Origin: a virus
Taxonomy: Duplodnaviria > Caudoviricetes
DNA length: 64,000 bases
IMG/VR virus record: IMGVR_UViG_3300031993_000010
Coordinates: 32,001-96,000 of that record
Reading direction: 5' to 3' (one strand)
A model generated the notes under the pieces. That model worked only from the letters and a program-made list of their open reading frames with translations. It did not search any database and had not been told where the DNA came from. Both the position numbers and the translations under genes were made by a program. This document shows positions 37,908 through 46,880 of this stretch, piece after piece; positions within the stretch are counted from its first letter, which is position 1; each line of letters opens with the position of its first letter.

Positions 37908-39035
37908 ATGCCTAACAAAGACTACTATCAAATTTTGGGGTTAACCGAGGAAGACAAAAAACTTCAGGGTGACGAGTTTGCGAAAAAATTGAAGACAAAC
38001 TATAGAAATTTATGTAAGCAATTTCATCCTGATAAATTTGCCAATGCAAGCGAAGAAGAGAGAAAGAAAGCCGAGGAGAAGTTCAAGGAAATTTCGGAGG
38101 CTTACGATGTACTCTCCAACCCTGAGAAGAAAGCAAGATATGAACAGACGGGTTCTTACGACGGGTTCTCGTTTGAGGGATTCGGTAATACAGGTATGGC
38201 TGACATAGACGAGATGTTGAACCGTTTCCGTCACGGTTTTAATCCTTTTGGAGGTGGCTTCAGTGGTTTTGGTGGAGGTTTTCAAAGAACTGTACAGAAA
38301 CCTAACCCCATGAAGATAAAACTCTCCATTACAGTGGAGGAGGCGTACAGCAAAGCCACGAAACGTGTAAGATACAAACGTTTCAAACCCTGCAGTTCCT
38401 GTGAGGGTAAGGGTTATGGCGAGAACGGCAAGACCGAGGTTTGCCCTGTGTGTGGCGGCACGGGTAATGAGATTAAGACAAGTACCAACGGGTGGATGAC
38501 ACGGCAGAAGATAAGCCCCTGTCATAACTGCCACGGCAGCGGTCAGATATTGTCCAATCCGTGCCACAAGTGTAATGGAAGCGGTCGTGTGGTTGATATG
38601 GAGGAGTTATCCATTGACATACCCGACGGTGCAAATAACGGCACATATATTGTAGTGGAGGGCAAGGGTCATTGTGCGGAGAGAAATCCTTCAGTATACG
38701 GTGATTTGCTCGTGTTTTTCGAAATCAACGGTAATGGCAAGTATGAGATAACCGAAAACGGTGGTTTGGTGGTGAAGACCAAGATTCCGATTTTGGACTG
38801 TATAACAGGTTGTGACACAGACATAACTTTACCTAACAATGAGAATGTTAAAGTTAAGATACCAATGGGGTCACAGACAGGAGACTATGTTGAGGTGAGG
38901 GGCAAGGGAATGCCGATACCGAACGGACGTGGCACCTTGTATGTTGTGGTTGAACAGACGTTTCCAAAATCACTGTCCTCTACAGAGGAAAAGACAATAA
39001 AGGAACTTAAAAACAGTAAAAACTTTAAAAAATAA
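37908..39035 (+). CDS. dnaJ: Hsp40 co-chaperone DnaJ (class A)
   Basis: KDYYQILG, HPD, G/F region, four CxxCxGxG repeats, C-terminal domain. Confidence 0.95.
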   Translation: MPNKDYYQILGLTEEDKKLQGDEFAKKLKTNYRNLCKQFHPDKFANASEEERKKAEEKFKEISEAYDVLSNPEKKARYEQTGSYDGFSFEGFGNTGMADIDEMLNRFRHGFNPFGGGFSGFGGGFQRTVQKPNPMKIKLSITVEEAYSKATKRVRYKRFKPCSSCEGKGYGENGKTEVCPVCGGTGNEIKTSTNGWMTRQKISPCHNCHGSGQILSNPCHKCNGSGRVVDMEELSIDIPDGANNGTYIVVEGKGHCAERNPSVYGDLLVFFEINGNGKYEITENGGLVVKTKIPILDCITGCDTDITLPNNENVKVKIPMGSQTGDYVEVRGKGMPIPNGRGTLYVVVEQTFPKSLSSTEEKTIKELKNSKNFKK

Positions 39036-39039
39036 GGAA

Positions 39040-39519
39040 ATGAGTCACAGTGCAGGTTTAATACCGTTCAGGGTAGTTAACGGTAACTACGAATTTTTTG
39101 TCGGACATCCCGGTGGACCGTGTTGGGAAGGTGTTGACTATTGGGCGTTACTGAAAGGTCGCATTGAAAAAGGCGAGGACATCAAGGACACCGCTGTCCG
39201 TGAGTTCATGGAAGAATCGGGTGCCAAGTTGGATTATGCCAAAATCAAGCAGAACATGCGTTTTGTCGACACTGTCAGACAGCGTTCGGGAAAGTTGGTT
39301 ACCGCCTACGCCTTCAAAATGGAACCAACCGACGACGAGTCAATCAATCCATCGAAATGTTTCTCAAACATGGTGTACCAATGCGATTGGCCTGAGGTTG
39401 ACGAATACAGATGGATTGTGCTTGATGAAATCGTGAAATGTACCAACAAGGCAAATATACCGTTCTACAACAAGATAGTCGAGATGGATAAGAACGGTGA
39501 ATTCGGTGGAGAAGCATGA
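39040..39519 (+). CDS. Nudix hydrolase
   Basis: SAGLI, HPGGP, KGRIEKGEDIKDTAVREFMEESG, PEVD. Confidence 0.88.
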   Translation: MSHSAGLIPFRVVNGNYEFFVGHPGGPCWEGVDYWALLKGRIEKGEDIKDTAVREFMEESGAKLDYAKIKQNMRFVDTVRQRSGKLVTAYAFKMEPTDDESINPSKCFSNMVYQCDWPEVDEYRWIVLDEIVKCTNKANIPFYNKIVEMDKNGEFGGEA

Positions 39520-40016
39520 AGGTTATTAAAGGTATAGACGCAATATCTGAAACTGACAAATACGATGTAGTGTTGGTTGGCACGTCAATCTACGGCATGC
39601 TCACCAACGGGTTTCAGAGGGAGATAAGGATGAAATACCCCTATGTCCATGACGAGAACATAAAACAGCCGTATGCCGACCTCAGGCGTTTGGGCACAAG
39701 GCTGACCTTGAGGAAGGAAGGCAATCCGACAATATCACTTCTCTACGTGTGCAAGTATCCGATGTCCACCATGGAATATCTTGACAGGGACGCCTTGAAG
39801 CATGCGCTCCTTACAGCCGATGCCGAGTTTGCGGGAAAGAGAGTCATGACAACGGTGATAGGTACAAGCAAATATGACGGCAACTGCGACAAGGAGGAAA
39901 TGTTAAGGATAATTGACGAGAATGTTGAAAAGATGGATTTGTATGTTTATGACTATGAACAGAAACAATATACATTGAAAAGAAAAAAAGTTGAAAAAAC
40001 ACAAGTGAAAGATTAA
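39516..40016 (+). CDS. Divergent macrodomain-like protein (Poa1p/TARG1-like fold)
   Basis: Spacing follows the macro fold (DVVLVG, GFQREIRMKYP, LGT, DRDALKHAL, IGT), but the Gly-rich ligand loops are degenerate. Confidence 0.5.
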   Translation: MKVIKGIDAISETDKYDVVLVGTSIYGMLTNGFQREIRMKYPYVHDENIKQPYADLRRLGTRLTLRKEGNPTISLLYVCKYPMSTMEYLDRDALKHALLTADAEFAGKRVMTTVIGTSKYDGNCDKEEMLRIIDENVEKMDLYVYDYEQKQYTLKRKKVEKTQVKD

Positions 40017-40027
40017 TTTAATATTAA

Positions 40028-40570
40028 ATGGCAAAAAACAAGAACAAGAACAACGGAATCAAAGAACCTCGTGTAAACGATGAATTGAAAGGCGACTATT
40101 CAGTACGTCTGATATACACGAATGAAAATGGAGAAAATGTCAATGAGATTTGCCCTCTATGGAAGGCAAAAAACAAGGCACGGGCACTTGAATTGGATTT
40201 GATTGAAATATCGCCTACCGCACAACCACCCGTGCTGAAAATCGGTGACTACTCAAAACACCTTTATGAGTTGAAGAAACAAGCGAAGGCAAAGAAACAG
40301 AACAGGACTGAGTTGAAGGAGATACCGCTTTCGGTGAACATATCAACCCACGACCTTGAGATAAAGGCTAAGAAGGCCAGGGAGTTCATAGAAAAAGGTG
40401 ATAAGGTGAAAGTTACCTTGATGATGAAACGACGTGAAATGGAAAGACGTGAAATGTCAAAGAAACCGTTGTTGGAGTTTATAGTGATGCTGAACGACGT
40501 TGCCGTTCCCGAATCAATGCCAAAGGATGAAGGAAACAAATCCATAGTAATACTTAAAAGAAAGTCATGA
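40028..40570 (+). CDS. infC: Translation initiation factor IF-3
   Basis: PRVND, VRLI, LDLIEISPTAQPPVLKIGDYSK, ISTHDLEIK, GDKVKVT. Confidence 0.93.
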   Translation: MAKNKNKNNGIKEPRVNDELKGDYSVRLIYTNENGENVNEICPLWKAKNKARALELDLIEISPTAQPPVLKIGDYSKHLYELKKQAKAKKQNRTELKEIPLSVNISTHDLEIKAKKAREFIEKGDKVKVTLMMKRREMERREMSKKPLLEFIVMLNDVAVPESMPKDEGNKSIVILKRKS

Positions 40571-41463
40571 AGAATAAGTTTTACACCGACTGCAATTCTA
40601 CCAAGTCCCTTTACCTGACTGACGACGAATTCGCCACACAATATTTTGAAGGGGTCAGAAGGACAAGGGTTTTATCCCCAAAGGAACAAAGGGATTTAAT
40701 CTACATTTCACGTCACGCTTGCAAGGAAGAGGCTGACAGGGCTAAAAGCATCCTTATTGAGTCAAACCAACGCTTTGTCGCCTCGATAGCCAAGCATGTT
40801 GGCAGGAAGGAGAATTTCACCGACCTTGTAAGTGAGGGCAACATAGGGTTGCTGAAGGCGATTGAGAACTACAACCTGTCTTTCAATCAGACTTTCATCA
40901 CATATGCCCAATTTTGGATTAGAAAATACATGATGGACTATATGGTGTCTGTTGAACCCACCATAAAACCGAAAAACGCAAACAAGGTCAACGCATATGT
41001 GGACAAGGCGGTAAACGAGTTTTTCCTCAAGAACGGAAGAAACCCGTCACCCGAGGAACTGCAGGATTTCCTGAAAGAGAAGGGTATTGTCTTTTCCAAG
41101 ACCGACGACCTGCGACAGATAACGGTGTCCTTCATTGACGAGTTTGACAATGACGACGATGAGAAATACAACGCAGGGCTGTCTTCCAACTACAACATGC
41201 AGACAAGCACGAATAACGTGGAGGAGATGATAGAGACAAGCCATATACAGGATTGGGTGAAAAGTATTTTCAGCATACTTGATGATGATGAGATTAGAAT
41301 CCTGAAACTGCTGTACGGATTCAATGGTGAGACGGAGAGTGTGGAACGTGTGGCGTTTCTGACAGGTAAAAAAGAGAAGGAAATCAAAAAGATAAAAGAT
41401 AACGCAATAAAGAAAATAAAGAAAAAATTATTAAAAGATGGCAAGGACGAAACTTACTTTTAA
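40567..41463 (+). CDS. Phage-encoded sigma70-family sigma factor (no. 2)
   Basis: LIESNQRFVASIAK, DLVSEGNIGLLKAIE, FITYAQFWIR, region 3 GRNPSPEEL; degenerate region 4 HTH. Confidence 0.88.
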   Translation: MKNKFYTDCNSTKSLYLTDDEFATQYFEGVRRTRVLSPKEQRDLIYISRHACKEEADRAKSILIESNQRFVASIAKHVGRKENFTDLVSEGNIGLLKAIENYNLSFNQTFITYAQFWIRKYMMDYMVSVEPTIKPKNANKVNAYVDKAVNEFFLKNGRNPSPEELQDFLKEKGIVFSKTDDLRQITVSFIDEFDNDDDEKYNAGLSSNYNMQTSTNNVEEMIETSHIQDWVKSIFSILDDDEIRILKLLYGFNGETESVERVAFLTGKKEKEIKKIKDNAIKKIKKKLLKDGKDETYF

Positions 41464-41959
41464 TGAAGACCATATCAAACTGATAAAGGCTCTTCGCTTT
41501 GGTAAAATAGACCCCTCTTTCTTTGTGGAGGCAATGGACTATGGCACTGAGGTCACTAAAATAACCGATAACAAATACAAAGTCGGACATCTGCTCAAGT
41601 CGGCAAACGGCGAGTTTGTCAAAATCGACTCGTCAATAAAGATAAGTCTACCCCAGGAGGGTAACGACAATCTATATGGTATAGATACCCTCAACCTATG
41701 GGGTGGAACCTATCTCTATGAGGATATGGCACTGATACTTGGCAAGATGGACAAAATCATTGAGGGTACTGAGGAAGACCCGACAGGTGCAAAATTCGAT
41801 GATGAGACAATGGATTATTTCAATGACCTTGTCACCTTTATCATCGAGAACCTTGTAAATATTGAAAGCATACTCCATCAGTTCTGCACGGAGGGTATAA
41901 AGGCGGGCGTCACCTATGTCTGCAAGCCTAACGAGAATATTTGGTGGAAGGAGGAATAG
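41438..41959 (+). CDS. Hypothetical protein
   Basis: 173-aa ORF ending at the bidirectional terminator. Confidence 0.6.
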   Translation: MARTKLTFNEDHIKLIKALRFGKIDPSFFVEAMDYGTEVTKITDNKYKVGHLLKSANGEFVKIDSSIKISLPQEGNDNLYGIDTLNLWGGTYLYEDMALILGKMDKIIEGTEEDPTGAKFDDETMDYFNDLVTFIIENLVNIESILHQFCTEGIKAGVTYVCKPNENIWWKEE

Positions 41960-41979
41960 TTGTTGTTATGATTATAAAG

Positions 41980-42012
41980 AAAAAAGGACTGTATTGGTTT
42001 ACAGTCCTTTTT
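41980..42012. terminator. Bidirectional terminator between convergent genes
   Basis: aaaaaaggactgta-ttggtt-tacagtccttttt. Confidence 0.85.
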
Positions 42013-42034
42013 GTGTATATGGAACGTTCAAAAA

Positions 42035-42418
42035 TCAACCCAAGCCTTGGTTTTGTAAATAAGAAATACCTATAGTTGCTTGTTTTGTGGACATATCATC
42101 TTCTCCATCCAACATATCGTTAAAGATATGTCTTGCAGAATCGTGAGCCACACCGGGAAGCACATGGTATGCAACAGCGGCTTTATTCACGGCGGGATTA
42201 TCACACATATCAGACAATTGGGCACGTGCCGCATCAGCCTTTTCTTTTTCACCCTTACTTTCGCCTTTGTCTTTCTCATCATCGTCTTTTTCAAAAAGGG
42301 ACTCATTGAGTTCACCGTTTCTCCACATTCTGTGAAGTTCCTCGGAAACGATATTTCTTACAGCGTTTCTCATCATTTCCTCTTGTACACATTCTTTTAT
42401 GTATTGCTTAACGTTCAT
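42035..42418 (-). CDS. Putative head internal protein
   Basis: YIKECVQEE...IVSEE...LNESLFE; minus-strand ATATTTAT at 42441-42448. Confidence 0.55.
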   Translation of the reverse strand: MNVKQYIKECVQEEMMRNAVRNIVSEELHRMWRNGELNESLFEKDDDEKDKGESKGEKEKADAARAQLSDMCDNPAVNKAAVAYHVLPGVAHDSARHIFNDMLDGEDDMSTKQATIGISYLQNQGLG

Positions 42419-42466
42419 GTTATTATCTGTTTTATATTAAATAAATATCTACAAGTTGAGAAAAAA

Positions 42467-42477
42467 TAGTATATTTG
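42467..42477 (+). promoter_or_regulatory. Class B promoter TAGTATATTTG
   Basis: Upstream of 42507. Confidence 0.7.
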
Positions 42478-42506
42478 CGTTATCAATAATCAATTGTTGT
42501 TAAATT

Positions 42507-42962
42507 ATGGAATATAGAATGTACTGTTTGGCAGAATGCCACCTGTCATCAATTCAAAAGGCAATTCAATCGGCACACGCCATCGTGGAGTATTCATCCC
42601 AATATGGCGATACTGAGGAATACAAACAATGGGCAAAAAAGGATAAAACCATTATAATCCTCAATGGAGGGGCACTACCCGAAATGCAATCTGTGGATGG
42701 ATTTCTTCTGCAGAACAATATTAAGTATGCAACATTTGCCGAACCTGACATGGGGCATATGCTGACATCTATTTGTTTCCTTGCTGACGAGCGGGTGTGG
42801 GACTATGATAAATTCGGGCATAGTTATGCTGAGTACAATTTTCGTACAACAGCAGATAAAATGTTACCAAAGTTAACGCCGGATGAATGGACCGAATGGA
42901 TTGGCGGCGAAATAAACAAACTAAAAAAGGATATTGTTTCATCGTTAAAAATAGCATTATGA
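42507..42962 (+). CDS. Peptidyl-tRNA hydrolase PTH2-like protein
   Basis: LSSIQKAIQSAHA, W...KTIIILNG, FAEPD...LTSIC pattern of phage PTH2-like proteins. Confidence 0.65.
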   Translation: MEYRMYCLAECHLSSIQKAIQSAHAIVEYSSQYGDTEEYKQWAKKDKTIIILNGGALPEMQSVDGFLLQNNIKYATFAEPDMGHMLTSICFLADERVWDYDKFGHSYAEYNFRTTADKMLPKLTPDEWTEWIGGEINKLKKDIVSSLKIAL

Positions 42963-43222
42963 GCAAAGAATTTTTAGACTATTTGGCTGAATGTTATCCA
43001 GATTCAATAATACTTGAAGGCTTGGATGACGGGATTATCGGAATAGATGTTGACGGACATATTGTCTATTCCTACGAGAAGTGCTGTCAGGCGTTAATGA
43101 AGAACGACAACATGACAGACGAAGAGGCTCGTGAATGGATTGACTACAACACAATCAGGGCAATACCCTACATGGGTGAAAACAAGCCCATAATGATGTA
43201 TGACGCACAGGATTTTGTATAA
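42959..43222 (+). CDS. Conserved phage hypothetical protein
   Basis: GLDDGIIG...VYSYEK...EAREWIDYN..A.PYMGE..P; ATGA overlap at 42959. Confidence 0.65.
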   Translation: MSKEFLDYLAECYPDSIILEGLDDGIIGIDVDGHIVYSYEKCCQALMKNDNMTDEEAREWIDYNTIRAIPYMGENKPIMMYDAQDFV

Positions 43223-43231
43223 ACAAAAACA

Positions 43232-43600
43232 ATGAAAAACATGGAAACAGTTTACAGAAAAGTCAAAAGCAAAAACGGTCGTGTAACTTATGTACCATGC
43301 GGAACTGATGTGGATGTACTCGGTGACGGTATATGGTATGTACGTACAAGACCCGGTGTCCGTTCAACCACAAGCGTGGAATATATCAGCGAATTGTTGA
43401 AAATCGGCATGCCTGAAAAGATGACCGTACCTGAAATGTGTGGACTTTACGATGTTGCGGAGGCGGTCATGCGGAACGAGGAATTCCAGAAAATGATGAG
43501 TAAAAGTTTCTCAACGCACGATTTGACGGTGAAGGTTGTTTCAATTGCGCTTGACTACATAAAAGAGAACAATAAGAAGAAAAAAGTTACAAACAAATGA
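43232..43600 (+). CDS. Hypothetical protein
   Basis: Part of a coupled gene run. Confidence 0.55.
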   Translation: MKNMETVYRKVKSKNGRVTYVPCGTDVDVLGDGIWYVRTRPGVRSTTSVEYISELLKIGMPEKMTVPEMCGLYDVAEAVMRNEEFQKMMSKSFSTHDLTVKVVSIALDYIKENNKKKKVTNK

Positions 43601-44133
43601 GCACAAATTGCATAAGGGTTGTGGAATATCGTACCCGTCAAGGTGAATGGGTGAGATGCAACAAGACAAATGACAATTTCCACGGTTTCGACACGTGGAG
43701 AAACGAGGAATATAGCGACCGTGGGTTTCCACAAGGTTGTACCATTGACAAATCGGAGTACACCGATATGCTCGACGGCATGAAAAGGGATTTGTCTTGG
43801 GGTAAGTCTTACATCACATTGGAAGAACTTGAGAAATGGATAGAAAAAGAGTGTAACAATGCTGCCGATTTCCTTTACCGTGAAATGACAAATAGCCAAT
43901 TCGCCTACATAATCAAAAAAATGGAAGGAAAGGAAACTGTTACTGAGAACGAAATCATTACCAACGAGGGTTTTAGGGAAACTTTTGAGGAATGCCTTGG
44001 TTGGTTCAGTGGATTGCAGTCGGAATACATAGCAGCATATACGGCGGCTCAGATGAAATATAAAGACGGCAATGATGGTGATGCATATTGTCTTCCACTT
44101 GACAGGGTAAGAATAGTTTATTGGTTTGAATAG
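43597..44133 (+). CDS. Hypothetical phage protein
   Basis: DRGFP, SYITLEEL, RIVYWFE motifs common in phage hypotheticals. Confidence 0.6.
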   Translation: MSTNCIRVVEYRTRQGEWVRCNKTNDNFHGFDTWRNEEYSDRGFPQGCTIDKSEYTDMLDGMKRDLSWGKSYITLEELEKWIEKECNNAADFLYREMTNSQFAYIIKKMEGKETVTENEIITNEGFRETFEECLGWFSGLQSEYIAAYTAAQMKYKDGNDGDAYCLPLDRVRIVYWFE

Positions 44134-44180
44134 TTTTAAACATATTGTTTAATTATGAAAAGCATGAAAAATTAAAAACA

Positions 44181-44882
44181 ATGAAAGCATACAAGGGATT
44201 TGAACGGCATAAAGACGGTACGTTGTGGTGTCGTGACTTCCAATACGAGGTCGGTAAGACATACACATTTGATGGTAAACCTGTACCATGTAAACAAGGT
44301 TTCCACGCTTGCCATGAGCCGTGGCAGTGTTGGCCGTTTTATCCGAATAACGGGGAGAATGTGTACTACGAAGTTGAATGTGGTGGGAAGATAATCGAAA
44401 GTAATGATGATGGTGACGGCAAGTTCGTATGCACCGAGATAACCTTATTGAGAGAGATACCTGAACCTGAAAATAAGGTTGATGATTGTTGGTATTTCCG
44501 AGACGGCTATGCAATGGTGGAGTTGAATGATAAATATAACCACATCAATACAGAAGGAGAATATCTATCCGAGCAGTGGTGGGATTGGTGTGATAATTTC
44601 CGCAATGGTTATGCAATGGTGGTGTTGAATGGTAAATGTAATTTCATCGGTACAGATGGAAAATACCTATCCGAACAATGGTTTAATTGGTGTCGGAATT
44701 TCGAAGATGACTATGGAATAGTGGAGTTGAATGGTAAATGTAACCACATTAACACAGAAGGAAAGATATTGTCCGAGCAGTGGTGGGATTGGTGTGGTAA
44801 TTTCAAAGACGGATATGCAATGGTGGAGTTAAATGGTAAATGGTACAGAATAGATAAAAATGGAAAAATAACACAACTATGA
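44181..44882 (+). CDS. MKAYKGF-type N-terminal domain plus WG (KWG-like) repeat protein, copy 1
   Basis: MKAYKGF...CRDFQYEVGKTY...GFHAC, then 34-aa repeats SEQWWDWCxNFxxGYAxVxLNGK. Confidence 0.8.
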   Translation: MKAYKGFERHKDGTLWCRDFQYEVGKTYTFDGKPVPCKQGFHACHEPWQCWPFYPNNGENVYYEVECGGKIIESNDDGDGKFVCTEITLLREIPEPENKVDDCWYFRDGYAMVELNDKYNHINTEGEYLSEQWWDWCDNFRNGYAMVVLNGKCNFIGTDGKYLSEQWFNWCRNFEDDYGIVELNGKCNHINTEGKILSEQWWDWCGNFKDGYAMVELNGKWYRIDKNGKITQL

Positions 44883-46030
44883 CACAAGAGGAAAAATCCC
44901 TATTACTCCAAGACCTCTGTGCGAGGTTGCTTTACGAAACGAGAGTAAGGTACTTCTTTGAGTTTGCCGGAGTAGCAGGTATTACCGGATATTCAGACGA
45001 AGGAACACTTTCCTATAATAAATTACAAGACTTTTCATTGCCAGATATAGGATTAGAAAGACGTAGGGTGGTTAATATATTTCCATATCTCCGTCCAATA
45101 TCGAGCATGACTGAGGAAGAATATAACGAATACTCGTTATACGACTGTTATACAATCTACGACGATGGGAAACAGATAAGCAATGGTGGTGGAATGGATT
45201 GGCTAAACGCCCATCACTTTGATTATCGTGGATTGATTGAGAAAGGTCTCGCACTTGAAGCACCTGAGGGAATGTATAATTAAATGAAAGGAGAGTAAAA
45301 CAATGAAAGCATACAAAGGATTTAGAAAACTCGAAGATGGTAGGCTGATGTGTCGTTACTTCCAATACGAAGTCGGCAAGACATACACATTTGATGGTAA
45401 ACCTGTAATATGTGAACAGGGGTTCCATGCATGCCATGAGCCATGGCAGTGTTGGCCGTTTTATCCAAACAACGGTGAGAACGTGTACTACGAGGTTGAG
45501 TGCGGTGGGAAAATAGTTGAAAGTAATGATGGCGACGGCAAGTTCGTCTGCACCGAGATAACCTTGGTAAGAGAGATACCTGAACCTGAAAATAAGGTTG
45601 ATGATTGTTGGTATTTCCGAGACGGCTATGCAATGGTGGAGTTGAAAGGTAAATGGAACTTTATTGACACGGATGGACGGTTGTTATCCGAGCAGTGGTG
45701 GGATGATTGTGGTTGTTTCAGTGATGGATATGCAAAGGTGGAGTTGAACGGCAAATTTAACTATATCAATACAGAAGGAAAATACCTATCCGAGCAGTGG
45801 TGGGATGATTGTTGGAATTTCAGTAATGGCTATGCGAGTGTGAAATTGGATGGTAAATGGAACTTTATTGACACGAAAGGAAAATACCTATCGGAGCAGT
45901 GGTGGGATTGGTGTGGTGATTTCCGCAATGGTTATGCAGTGGTGAAATTGGATGGTAAATGGAACTGTATCAATACAGAAGGAAGCCTGATATCGGAGCA
46001 GTGGTGGGATTGTTGTTTGAATTTCCGTTT
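44500..46030 (+). repeat. 102-bp tandem WG-repeat units in two paralogues, plus a 77-bp identical block (44451-44527 = 45570-45646)
   Basis: Unit anchors (ga(g/a)ca) at 44571/44673/44775 and 45690/45792/45894/45996. Confidence 0.9.
44879..45283 (+). CDS. Conserved Bacteroidota-phage hypothetical protein
   Basis: MTQEEKSLLLQDLCARL...PYLRPISSMTEEE...HFDYRGLIEKGLALEAPEGMY. Confidence 0.65.
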   Translation: MTQEEKSLLLQDLCARLLYETRVRYFFEFAGVAGITGYSDEGTLSYNKLQDFSLPDIGLERRRVVNIFPYLRPISSMTEEEYNEYSLYDCYTIYDDGKQISNGGGMDWLNAHHFDYRGLIEKGLALEAPEGMYN

Positions 46031-46040
46031 GGAATGGTAA
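45303..46040 (+). CDS. MKAYKGF-type domain plus WG repeat protein, copy 2 (last repeat truncated)
   Basis: Paralogue of 44181..44882; ends mid-repeat (NFRLEW*). Confidence 0.8.
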   Translation: MKAYKGFRKLEDGRLMCRYFQYEVGKTYTFDGKPVICEQGFHACHEPWQCWPFYPNNGENVYYEVECGGKIVESNDGDGKFVCTEITLVREIPEPENKVDDCWYFRDGYAMVELKGKWNFIDTDGRLLSEQWWDDCGCFSDGYAKVELNGKFNYINTEGKYLSEQWWDDCWNFSNGYASVKLDGKWNFIDTKGKYLSEQWWDWCGDFRNGYAVVKLDGKWNCINTEGSLISEQWWDCCLNFRLEW

Positions 46041-46121
46041 CAAAAATAGTATATTTAAGATGCATGGTTCTGGTTTGAGAAAGGTTATGTTGGTGATACA
46101 ATTATAAAGTGGATTTAGGTT

Positions 46122-46880
46122 ATGTTAGAAATCAATAAGATATATAACGAAGACTGCCTTGAAGGGATGAAACGCATTCCTGACGGGAGTGTGGACTTTA
46201 TGGTCACATCTCCTCCGTACAATGCGGGCATGGACTACGGCGAATGCTACAATGACAACAAGCCGTTAAACGAGTATCTTGCATTTATCGGAAATGTGAT
46301 GGTTGAGGTTTACCGTGTCCTGAAAGACGGTGGCCGTGCAGCGATAAACATCGCCAACACAGGCAGAAAACCATACATACCTCTGTCCTCATACATTAAT
46401 GTTATAATGATTCAGATTGGATTTCAATGCCGTGGGGAAATCATTTGGGACAAAGGCGCAAGCGTTGGCTCGAGTTGTGCATGGGGAAGTTGGAAATCGG
46501 CTTCCAACCCAAGTTTAAGGGATGTGCATGAGTATATTTTGGTGTACAGTAAGGGTGACTACAAGCATAAGAGTGAAGGAGATTCAACCATTGAAGGGGA
46601 AGAATTTACCGAATACACCAAATCGATTTGGCGAATGAGCACGGCAAGCGCCAAAAAGATTGGCCATCCTGCGCCATATCCAATTGAACTACCGACGAGG
46701 TTGATAAAACTGTACACGTTTTCCAACGATATAGTACTTGACCCGTTCATGGGTAGCGGTACGACAGCGATTGCTTGCATCAACGAAAACCGCAGGTATA
46801 TCGGTTTTGAACTTAATAAGGATTTTTATACCAATTCATTAAAAAGAATAGAGGAAACAACAGACAATGGCAAAGATTAA
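46122..46880 (+). CDS. DNA N4-cytosine/N6-adenine methyltransferase (beta class)
   Basis: VTSPPY, HPAPYP, VLDPFMGSGTT. Confidence 0.92.
   Translation: MLEINKIYNEDCLEGMKRIPDGSVDFMVTSPPYNAGMDYGECYNDNKPLNEYLAFIGNVMVEVYRVLKDGGRAAINIANTGRKPYIPLSSYINVIMIQIGFQCRGEIIWDKGASVGSSCAWGSWKSASNPSLRDVHEYILVYSKGDYKHKSEGDSTIEGEEFTEYTKSIWRMSTASAKKIGHPAPYPIELPTRLIKLYTFSNDIVLDPFMGSGTTAIACINENRRYIGFELNKDFYTNSLKRIEETTDNGKD

Noticed and set aside
35842-41463. Bacterial chromosome origin suggested by dnaK, dnaJ, infC and sigma70
   Set aside because: infC lacks the usual thrS/rpmI/rplT neighbours, dnaK lacks grpE/hrcA, and the genes are interleaved with phage structural, recombination and hypothetical genes under shared phage promoter motifs.
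44500-46030. CRISPR array
   Set aside because: The 102-bp units are in-frame coding repeats with no constant-repeat/unique-spacer structure; no cas genes are seen.
44181-46040. Diversity-generating retroelement TR/VR pair
   Set aside because: No reverse transcriptase is present in the window, and differences between the copies include many C/T and G/T changes rather than adenine-only substitutions.
46058-46121. tRNA or structured ncRNA in intergenic gaps (also 16817-16895 and 21460-21510)
   Set aside because: No cloverleaf, T-loop plus acceptor stem, or convincing conserved structure could be seen by eye; tRNAscan-SE/Infernal would be needed to exclude them.
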